A stretch of DNA of 64,000 bases from NCBI GenBank assembly GCA_046153645.1, contig JBJXGI010000044.1:513-64512 (forward strand), read 5' to 3'. Positions 22,901 to 34,900 of the stretch are shown here, piece after piece. The stretch's first letter is position 1, and every line of letters begins with the position of its first letter. The stretch is from Elusimicrobiota bacterium. GTDB lineage: Bacteria; Elusimicrobiota; Elusimicrobia; F11. The position numbers and the translations under genes are program-made. The notes under the pieces were generated by a model. It had not been told where the DNA came from and did not search any database. It saw nothing but the letters and a program-made list of their open reading frames with translations.

Positions 22901-25900
22901 ATATCAACATAGCTAACAAAACGATGACGGGAAAGATAATAAACAAAGTAGATATACCAGGAAAAGCATAAACTATACCGCTAAACACGCCTACCATTAC
23001 AAGGGCTTGAGCCCCAAAAGTAACTAACTCATTTCTTAAACCAGCCGCGTGAAGGCGTTCATGTAACGGAACTGCTAACGCAAAAAGAACAAAACGAAGG
23101 GTGAACCCAACGGCAAAGTGAATCAATTTTTCAATTGTAGAAGCGTCTTTAGGAACAGGGCCAAGGAAATAGTGTAAAACAGGATTAAGCTGAAAAACTT
23201 TGTGATATGGATCATATTCAATGAAATTGGTTCCCGGAAAAGAACGAGCCGGGTAACCCCACAAAACAAAAATGGGTGGCCCTGTCGGCAAAACGTTTTT
23301 CCCTACTTTGGCTGCCACTTGAAGAAAAACAGTGAGGAGCATCTGAATTAAAAAGAACACAGGAACGACCAGTAATAGCGTTGTTCCTTCTCGAGAAGGG
23401 TTTATTCCAAAACCAACTCCGATGCCATAAACCAATAACACCAACGCTAACGTTACGCCAAAAGCTGTTGCCGCATTTCTTATATTAATAGGATCTGCTG
23501 AATTCGTCTTAGCGGAAAGTTGAGAAGATCTATATCTTTCGATTAATGAAGATACCACATTCCAAAAGAAATCCTCTGCTGTTATTTCTGAAGATATTTT
23601 TTGCGTTATGTAGGCACGCCAAGTCATCCCAAGAACTTGAGATAGTTCATCAAAACTATCGTCATCCTGAGAAAAAGCTTTCATCATTTCAAAAAATTCT
23701 ATTTTATCTTCAACAGAGGATTGACTTCTTAATACTTTAACAATGACATTGGCAAAAGGCGGAATATTACTTTCATCGGGCTGAGATGCAAATAATTGAA
23801 ATGGCTCTAACTGAGAAGAGGTAATATTATCCTCGGGATCAAATTGGAAAAACGAACTGGAAGTAATAAAAAAATGGAAAATTTCCTTGGAAAAGAACTT
23901 ATCTTGGAATTGCTTAATTTCTTGTTTTATTTCTTTTTTGGTCACCTTAGACTGCAAAAGCATAAGCATTTTATACTGATCTAAGTTATCATAGGGAGAA
24001 TTCTCATACCATTTAGTCATCCCAGTAATTGTTTCTTTATTTAAATCATCAAAATATCCAGTTAACTGAAATAACAAGTCACCTAACAAATCAATGGTTT
24101 TTCGGCGAATAAACACATTTTCATATTTTAAATTTTCTGCTACTGCTGTGATTATTTCCTCAGCGAACTTTGTATCGCTTTCAACAAAAAAACCTTCAGG
24201 CAACAAGGATAAAATATTGGACACCTGATTAGAATTAGGATCTTTTGATCGAATAAAATGGGCAACTAGATTACGAAGTAGTTCCTTAACGAGTTCTTTA
24301 TCATTTTCATTAAATAAAGATTCGCCACTTTCACGTAAATAAGTGCGTAAAATTATAAAACTAGCTAAACGCAATTCTTTATCGTCATTATTGAGGATTA
24401 ATACCAAAAACCGAATTATTTCTTTCCGAAGTGATGAGGCATTAGTTAGAGACGTATATTCTTGAGGCGTATATTTTTTAAGAATTTCTAAATCGTCTTC
24501 GGCCATATCTCTAAACACAATAATAATTAAAATTATTACAGGGAAAATAACAAATAACATTGGCGCATAAAGATAAGCATAAACCACACCGCCGAACATC
24601 CCAAAAAGAAAAAGGGGCTGTACACCAAAAACAACCAACTCATTTCTCCAACCAGCTGCATGAAGGCGCTCATGGAAGCGAACAGCTAATACGAAAATAA
24701 GAAATCGAAAAGAAAACCCTACAACAGCATGTATTATTATTTTTGGAAAAGAAGCAGTTTTGGGGGCGGGACCAAGAAAATAATGAAGAACAGGATTAAG
24801 CTGAAAAACTTTGTGATATGGGTCATATTGAATGAAATTGGTTCCCGGAAAAGAACGAGCCGGGTAACCCCACAAAACAAAAATAGGTGGCCCTGTCGGC
24901 AAAACGTTTTTCCCTACTTTGGCTGCCACTTGAAGAAAAACAGTGAGAAGCATCTGAATTAAAAAGAACACAGGAACGACCAGTAATAGCGTTGTTCCTT
25001 CTCGAGAAGGGTTTACTCCAAAACCAACTCCGATGCCATAAACCAATAACACCAGCGCCGACGTCACCCCAAAAGCCGCTGCCGCATTTCTTATATTTAT
25101 GGGGTTTGCATTATTATTTTTATCTTGGGATGTCCGATTTGCATACACCAGATGAGCAATTGTAATCCAAAAAGAATTTTCTGCCGCTGTGGGAGAAGCC
25201 TCCCGTGGATTATTTTTGGCATTCCATGCTAACTGGAGGGTTTGGAATACAAGATCAAAATCACGATCGTTTTGAGCGCTCTTCCATAACATGGCGCTGA
25301 TCTTAGGAAAGTCAAAATATAGAGACTTTGTTTCTCCGTTTAAATCTGTAATATTTACGTGAAAAACGTCCGGTATATTTAACGCTTCGATGATGGCGCC
25401 AGCAGCAGAGCGTACTTCTTCTGAAGGGGCTAAATCTTTAAAAGGTTGGATTAGTTCAATATGTTCAGGTGAAAATTGAAACACCCTTTCATATTCTTTA
25501 ACCGTCCGGATAATCGATTGAAGATTCTTTTTGGTGAGCAATGAAGGGCGCGCTTTCAAAAGATAAATTAACGGATTGATATGAGCTGTCATTGGATATG
25601 ATGATTTGAACTTTAATTCGTTCATCAGCAAATCAAAAACTTGAACAAAAAGTGCACTTTTTTTCGGGTCATCAGTTTTAAAAAATTCAGGTGGAACCCT
25701 TGATAAAAGATATTCAAATATGGCTTCACGTTCAGACCCCGGATTGAAAAGATCTAAATTTTTGGCTACAAATTGAATAACAGTTTCAACTAACAAATCA
25801 TCACTTATTGCAAATAGATCCGCTGGAGCGTCGTATAAAAATCTTTGAACGATATAAAGTCTCGCGAAAAGAATCTCGTTTGAATCATCATCTAAACCTG

Positions 25901-28900
25901 GAACCAAATATTGAATTTTCTCTTTGATAAAATTACTATCACTATTAAGGTAAAAAGGCCCAGAAATCTTTGACAATATTCTTTCTAAAACGCTCAAACT
26001 TCCAAAACGTAAGTGAGCATTCTTGTTTTTTGAATTGATGGCTAAAGTACCTAGCCACTCTTTGACCACTTCAGGATCCTTTGAATAAAAGTCGGCAGGG
26101 AAACTATCAAATAAGGTACTTAATACTTCAAGTTCTTTATCACTCAATTCCTTTTTATCTCTCAGCTTTAGCATCAAAGTTACAACAGCTCCCTCTATTA
26201 ATTCATGAGCTATCCCAGGTTGTGAAAGCGTTTCTATAAATTGATGCAACTTATTGCTATTTATATCCTTTTCTCTAATCATGGCCATGAGCGTTAATAC
26301 GGTTGAAATAACCACAAAAAGAGCCCCGATCATAAACCCTGAAGTCCATGATAACCCTTGGGAGATAAAAAGAATGAAGGCAATTCCAGATATCCACAAT
26401 CCCATTTGAATCCCATACGAAGTCCATTCACTTCCGTTATTTTTGGCGTGGATTCTTTCGTGAAGAGAGATGAGTAATATGTGAAGAAGGGTTCGAATTA
26501 CGAAACTGAGAAAATAATGTTTTGCTTTATTAAAAATTGATAAGTCTTTTGCAGGCGGAGCAAGAAAATAATAAAGAGCAGGGTTTAATTGATAGGCTTT
26601 CGATTCTGGATCATATTGCACAAAATCAGCTTCTCGAAATGAATATGCTGCTGTTCCCCACAACATCATAAGAGGCGGCGCATTGGGGAGATTTTTTTTA
26701 TTGATATCGTCATAAACACGAATAAAAAGAACCAGCGCCATTTGCAAAATCAACAAAACAGGCACCGCTGCCAACATCACTATCGTATTCCAACCAAATG
26801 CCCCACTCGACGAATACATAAAATACCCAATCAACCCTGAAATCAATAACGTGGCAAACAAGACAACAAATGAATTAGATAAATTAATGGGCTTAGGTTC
26901 TCCAGAAGAATTTTCATTGGAAGAAAGTTGCAACCGTTCCCCCAAGTTTTTTTCGAGTGGGAGTTTGCCATCTCTTCGTCTGGCTTTGAGCTCAGCAATG
27001 CTTAAAAGAACTTTAAGCATCCCTTGTGCGTCTGTGCCTTTGGGAAGGTTAAGACTTTTGGGAAATTTGATAACCTCAGGCGTGTTGTAACCGACAATAA
27101 CAATATCAATTCCTTTTTGATGCGCTTCTTCCAATAAGCTTTCGCTGCAGTCCACTTGCCCATCGGTGATGACAATTTCCAAAATCGGAAGGCCGTCTCT
27201 TTTTTTATGTTTGTCGATAATAGATCGAATCACACTTTCAAAATTATTCTCTTCAGCGGCTGGATACTGATCTAAAATTCTTAAGGCTTCTTTTACTTTA
27301 CCTGCCTTATGAGAATCTTTGGGATCAAGTAAAGACCTATAACTATCACCATGAACAGCGAGTCCTGTTTTTACTTCTTGGTTTTTGACCGCTGCTCGGT
27401 GGAAAAGGCTCACAAATTGACTGGCCATATCCACAAAAGTGCGGTTGAGATCACCATGGGTACTTCCACTCACATCGACGGTCACCGCAAAATGGCCGCG
27501 GGTTCGCCCGCGCGTTGATTCAACCCGAATAAAAATATCGGAATTGCCTCGAGTGGCAGCCAATTCATCTAAATCAATTTCATCGCCATCACCACTTAAA
27601 AACCGCACTTCGGAGGGTGCGCCAGCAAAAAGTTTTAAGAATTTTTCCAAAAGTCCCGCTGGAATTTTTGAAATATCAAGCAATGAGTCGCCTGTTTTAA
27701 CATCAGGTGAGTCACTTGGTTTTTCTGGGCCTGTTTGAGGGCCTTTTTCTTTTTCGCCTTTTCCATCACCGCGATCTTTTTTCGGGCCCGGAGTAAACCG
27801 AGGACGATCTTTTTTATTTTTAGAATCGACCGTAACTTTTTTCTCCACTTTACCAACTACTCTTTGTTGATATCCCTTATCGACACCTGCGGTAAAGTCT
27901 CTCTCCCAACCGTCGCCACTTCCTTGAGTTACTTCTTGCGAACCCGGTTTTGCGGTATTTAAATAAACAGATCTTTTTTGGTAAATTTCCGCCGCTAATT
28001 TATTAACTTTGGTAGGGGGTAATTTTTTTAACATATCAATCACACGGTCCACTTTTTCGCTTTCAAAAGCGTCTGTAATCCATTCGTCCCCGGCACCGGG
28101 CTCAAGGGTCTCTGATCCATCTTCATTTCTTTCTAAACATATTTTACGAAGCCCATTTAAAATACCTTTCATGGCTTGCCCATAGACATGTTCAGGGTCC
28201 CTTATTTTTTTCAGCCATTTACGTATAAATTCTAAATAATTATTCGGTGAAACAAATATAAGTGGAAATAACATCGGATTAAGTTCAATATTGTCTGGAA
28301 TAGGGAACGCCTCTGCGCGGTAACGACGCTGATCTATCATATGCCCTGTTTCATGAAAAACAGTCCAGGCCAATGCTTCGTCCAAAGGAACAGTTTCGGG
28401 GATGGCCGCTCGTGTGTCATTTTGGAAAGCCACGGCAAATTCACCTTCCCAATAACCTAACAACCCAGGTGAAGGTGCATTTTCTAGAACGAGTGCCTGA
28501 GGAAGTGGCTGAGTTCTCAAAGGACTATCAGCAGCGATTCCAATCACATCATAATGCTCCGGTGTCCACTGACTAAAATGGTTGATAATTTTTTCAGCTT
28601 TGATAAATAAATAAGGCATTTCGTATTGATCTCTGGATTCGCCCACTAACTTAAGAAGAAGGAAAATATCTCGCCCGGGTTGAGCCAAAATTCTCCGGAT
28701 AATCATGATATTTTCATTAAACTCAACTATGCTTCCTTTTTCTGAGTTGTAAATATTTGCAATGGAACGAAACGCATTTTCAAGGGCCCCGTCAATTTGA
28801 CCAGCAATGTTAAAAATACTTTGTGCAATATGGAAATTTTCCGGTTTCTCATTTGTAAATTGAAAATCAGAAATCGCTTGTAAAAATGGCGCGACAATAC

Positions 28901-31900
28901 GATTACCAAATTCAACAAAGTCAATGCTTCCACTCCTAAAAGTAGCCGCCGCTAATTTCAAAGCATCTAAATCATAATTCGTCTTAAAATTCTCAATAAC
29001 TGCGGGTTGACTTGGAGCTTCCATGGGAGAGGTGGGCTTGTCATCTTTCTTAGGTTCTTCTTTTTCAGCGGATGACGCTGCGCGCTGTAATTGTTCTCGA
29101 ATCGCGCGAAGCCATTCGTCATTGATATCCGGGTTGGGATATCGTTTTAAACCTTTAAGAAATTCGCTTTCGTCTTCACTGCTCATATCTTTTGTATCGG
29201 GATGTGAACTTGGGATCACTTGCCGTGACACAGGCACATAACCTTCTTGCTCGGGCGTTTCTGTGGAACCCGTTGTTCGTCTCTCAAGAGCTTCCTGCAC
29301 ACTTCTCACACCACGACGAGTGAGTTCAGTTAGAATTGTTTTTAATTGAGGATCTGGATAACGTGCTGGATTGGCTGGCCAAAATTTATGGGCGTATCCG
29401 GCGATTTCTGATGGAAAAGCTTGGCGACTGTCATAAGTTTCGGCAGGGTTAAATGTGAGAGCCAAGAGAACATCTTCTTCAATTTCAACTTCCCATGTTT
29501 CTCCCATATAATAAAAATCAAACCGTTTTTCCCCTCGGAATAAAGGGGCCAATGGATGGGTCAGCGCGGTAGCCACATTGGCTTCGTCCCAAACGACCAG
29601 AGCCCTTGAAGAAGTTGTTTTTCCAGGCACTCGAATTTTCTGCCAACTTCTATCAGAACCTTTTGGGCGAATTTGGCCGATACGCGCCAAAAGCTCTTTT
29701 ATGTTGAGTTGAATTTTTCCTTGTTCTATTCCCATACTCATAAAAACATCAGCAATACGCATATCTTCATAAGAATTAAGAACATAAAGCGGAGTGCCCG
29801 TAATGAGAGCGGCATTAACCATTCCGGCCGTTTTTGCAACTCCGGTTTCTCCATTGACCATCACCACTCGAGGAGAGCGAGCTTCACTCGGACTTTGAGT
29901 TTTATCCGATCTGGGTTGCCACGCATTAATAATTTCAGCTAAGAAAATGGTGTGCTCTGGCGTCATTTCCATAAAAGCGCGAGTGGGAGTTTCGTGGACG
30001 GGCAAGGCTCGGTCATTATTCCAAGGATCTTGAGGTAAATCGAAAGCGCCTATTCTTTTTAAGATTTTATATTCAACAACAATCGAATCTCCACTATCAT
30101 TAAGATAGGCTGTTATTTCATCGGTCACTTTTAATTTGTTTCGAAGCGCATTCATATTGAGGTTGTAAGAGCGCGCGGGTGTTGTTAATGTTATTTTTCC
30201 TTCTGACTTATTGCTGTAGCGGAAACGAAATCCATTGGGAAGAGGTAAATCTTGGCCTTCTTTTAAGTCACTTAATTGAACCTCTTTCCTTACGGTTTGA
30301 GTTTGTAGATTAGAAAAATCTTCAAATACTTCCTGCTTTAAAAGTCGGTAATATCTCGACAATTCGGAAACGCTGATTAACTCCTCTTGAATTGGTTTTT
30401 TAAAAATGTCGCGGAGTAAATTAAACACAACGTCTCGTTCAAACTTTTTTAAATCATCATCTTTGAGAGCGCCCAAATAAATAAGTTGAACCGCACGAAG
30501 CACATAATAAAGCGGGTCGTATTTAAGTGGCCGCCAAGACCGGCGTTTTAATTCTTGTATAGCTGAGGCCAATTTAAAAATATCTTCTGGGGAAAAATAA
30601 TAACGCACGTCAAAACCGCCACTTGTATCTAATTCCACCGCTTTTTCTTTTATCTGCCAAAGCCAATCAAATTCTCGGTCATCGATGTAAGGGTACCGTT
30701 TGAGTAACAAACGGCGAGTTTCATCTTTAGAAAACGGTTCCACTCGAACGGGTAAAAAACGATTCATAAAAGGAGACGAAAAACGGTGATTCACGGGCGC
30801 CGAAACAACCAATCCCACCCAAGGAGGGAGAATATATTCGACAGGGCGGCCCTCCGCATCACCAATAGTCAATGTTCTATTTTCTCCCATTCGCGAAAGG
30901 AAGAGATTAAGAATGACTCGTTGGCGTTCGGGAATTGCGTCCATCATATGGAAAAAAAGGATTTTTTCAGGGTGCTGGGGTTCACGGGAAAGGCGATTAT
31001 ATTCATCCTGTGTTAACATATGACTGGCTAAAAAACCCAGCGCCTGTTTAAATTCACGACCAACACTTTGTTCGCGAACACCATAATCGTTGAAATTCGC
31101 ATTAAAAAGAGGGACGAGCGCTTCTACCAAATGAGAGCGCTTCATTTCTCCATGGGACCAAAGAATTTCTAACTCACGGTTGGTTTGATGAGCAAATTTG
31201 CGAACCAAATCCAACGCGTCAGCCCCCACCTCTTCTTGGAGCGCCACCGGCATTCCCAAAGAAAGCCCATAAGCAAGCGACCATAGCGCTCCATTTTGAC
31301 TTTCCATTTCTTCGGTGAAACGAATTTCTTTTTTGTCCACATTCGTCTTACCAGAAGATTCTGCGATTTGAACCCCACCAAAGTTATTCGGTTGAATAGT
31401 GAGGGGCCCCTTCCATTCTGTTGAAAATTCTTCGACCAAATCATTAAAACTTTTTGTTGCGGTATCTTTTTTTGCCAACACCGTCTTTCTCTCTTGAAGA
31501 GAAAGGCGTTCGAAATAAGCCACCATAGCTCCACGGAATACAGCACGTTTTAGTTCAGCTGCACTGGTTTTATTTTGGCTGATGGCATCTTTGAGTCCTA
31601 ACGACATGAGAATTAATTGTCGAGGAGATAGATCGTCTTTATTGGGGTGGTGCGCCAGAAAACCAAGATGAATATTGGCCATCAATTCTTTCATCGGTTG
31701 AAGATCGGGCGTTGAAATTTGAGCTTTAACAATTCCAAGATGGTGGTTAATAATTAACAGCGCGTCTTCAAAAGAAAGAGTATTTTCAGCCCAAATTTTG
31801 TGAGCTCTCGAATCGGCTTCATAGGGAATGGGCAAACGATCCTGAGTGATACCAGCCGGGTTTTGCGTAATAAACAAACGAAAGTTTTTATGCCGCTTAA

Positions 31901-34900
31901 TGGGTGGGCCGGGATAACCAGGATGATAATGAGACAAATCAATGGAAGGAAGGGCCGCCAAAGAACAAAGAAATTCGATTACTTTTTGAGATGAGGTTCC
32001 CACCGCTCCTTCATCTAAGTTAACGGCTCCCCCATTTTGATAAGCGCGTAAAAAATCAAGCAGGTATTTCCCATCATCGTCTGTTTGCGCGGTTAAAATG
32101 AGTTCTCCTTTTTTAGTCGAAAGGCGCCCTAAAAACCCACCCAAATCAATTCCATCAAACATGAGTTGATCATAATGAGGCACACCCATTCGTTGGGCCA
32201 TGGTTTGAACCAAGGCTGATTTTCCGCCTCCCTGATATCCTTCAATAACGCTCCAACGCTGATGCCGCCAAGCGATGATGGAACTTGCCATTTGTCTCAC
32301 GTGGTTTTCTGTGGGAGCTAAAAACCCTGTTGGTTCAGGTTCTGAAACAGGATAAAGTGTTTCAATAGAAATGCCGTCAGCAAAAAAGATCCAATGGTCA
32401 CGGCCCGCTTCTTTTCGGTATCCAATATTTTTTTCAGGATGGTCCATTTTTTCTTTTGCTAGATCAAATTTTTTCCGAATTGAAGGAGGTAAACCGATAC
32501 TAAGCGTGTAATAAGAAATCTTATCGAGATCCTTTTTAAAATCGGTTTCATTTTTTTCATGAGCTTTCTGTTCTAAAAACAGTTCGGAAAAAAGTGTTTC
32601 TAGATCATTAATACTGAGTCGAAGATTTTCATACATAGCTTCGCCACCGCTAGCCGCATCACGATAAGCTTGGAGAATATGAGAAACCTTTTCTATGAGC
32701 GTCTCTTTATACTTTGGATTTATTCCCCCAAGGTTTAATTTTTCTAACCATCCCTCAACACTTTTTTCTACCCATTCTTTTCCTTGTTTTTCAGAAATAT
32801 TAACTGCGGCGAAACGGTCTAACTCTGGGCCGCCAATTTTAATTTCTTCTTGGGAAGAAGCAGTGGCAACCCATTTCAAATTTTTGGGTTGATGGGTATA
32901 AAACCAACGTGCAAAAGCAAGGCGCATAGTTGGGTCACTCTTTAAATCGTCAACAGAAATGGGGCCAGGGTAACCTTCTGTTAATTTTTCGAAATTAACA
33001 CTTCGATCTTTTATCTCTTTTACTATGAGTTCGAATAATTCATCGGCGTTGTCTTGGGTTAGACGAGTGGAGAGTGCTTCTAACTCACCTGTTTGAAGAA
33101 ATTCATTTAAAAGTGGCATTATTTTTTTATTAAGACGAGCGTAATTTTCTAACACAACGTAAACACGTTCAGAACTTAAGCGGGCTTGCAAAATAAAGGT
33201 CCCAATCAAACCGATTTCATAATCCAGTTTTTGAAATCTCATTCCCCCTAGTTTTTGTAATAGTTGAGCCAATGCGTTTTGGTTGGATCCGCGTGGCATC
33301 CAGGTTCCCACCCATTGTTTGTTATCGTGGTAAAAACTAAGCGGTACACGAACTTTTTCTGCCTTCGAATCAATTTTTCCAATTAAATCCATCACAACAT
33401 CGCCACCGGAAGAGCCTGAGGCATCTTGAAACACCATGGTGGGAGAATCTTCTAATAAAGCCAATTGCAGTGTGGCCTCACCATTTTCTTTTATATTTGG
33501 CATACCATGACGCACCAAAACATCATTCACAATTTTTAAAACGGTATTTTTTTCATTTAAATCTCTCCAGGAAGAACAATAAATATCTCCGACCGCGCGA
33601 ATAAAAATATCTTGTAGGGTTAATGAACTTTCTTTCTTTTTAATCGATTTCATGCGCTCAATCACACGAAATAAAAAACGCCGCGTGACCGGTTGGGTTG
33701 TTTCAATTGAATTCAACTCATTTTGAGCACTCCAAACGGCGCGGTGAACCTCTGCCAAAATAGGCGCATAAGTGGAAGCGTGGGGCGCAACATCTGAATC
33801 ACTTTCAAAAAATTGGCGGGCAAGACCAGGTAAAGCATTTGGGTCAAAACCAAGTCGATAACGGGGAACGGTGGCCGCCACACGCCGGGGCCGAGGCTCG
33901 CGACCAGCGGTTCCTTCAGAATTAACAGTGAAAAATCGCATGTTGTTTTCACTTGGTTTCACTTTTCTTACAGAACTTCCGGCACTTTCTTGAGCGGCGA
34001 ATTCAGGCAATGTTTTAACAGCTTGTCGTGCGGTCTCCGGATAAAGCCATTGGTAAACCCGGCTTTCAGGGCTGGTATTAATTTCATTAAAAATATGAGC
34101 ATACCCGCCTTCTTCTAATTCACTCACATAAGCGGCTTCTTCAAATTGAATGCCTCCATTTCGATCTGAAACAAACCGCCCACGTAAATCACCAAGATCG
34201 GTGGCTGCATTAATGGTTCTTTCTGAAATTTTCAAATTAATTATTTTTGAGAACACGCGACTGATTTCAGTTTTCCCTTCGCCCGAAGGTCCTTCAATTT
34301 CAACGGAACGAATTCCATACTTCCAATCACGCGCCAGTTGACTTAGAATTCGATTTTCCATTTCGGTGAGGGCAAAACCATATAAATGGTTGAGCGCTTT
34401 TTCGACACTGTCACTCGGAAAATTTTGGTGATGTTGTTTTATCTGATCATTTGAAACAATCTCCACTCCATCAAAAACAATGTTACCTTCAGCTGAAAAC
34501 GTAAGCGCCGGAATAGAGCCATTTCTTTTTATTCCTAATTCATTAAGCATTTGACTTAAAGTTAACCAATCTTTTCGGTTGGATAAATTTAATTTCAAAT
34601 AAGCTTCCACTTCTTGAGAAAAAATAGCCGCTGGATCAAGACCCGCCTTATCTTTTAAGCGACCAGCCACACGCCAACCGATATGCACCAAATCAGAAAA
34701 ATTCCAATCAGGCGCGTCTTGCCAAGACGTTTTTTTCAAAGAATGGTAAAGTTGAAAAAGTTGCGCTTCTACTTCAGCCGTGACCCCCGTTTTTTGAACC
34801 AAATATCCAGCCTTAGATAAATTGAAAGACGAAGTAAATTGCATGAGAACACGGTTAAGAAAAGAATCATCTCGAACCACAGAATCTTGGTCCATCGTAA

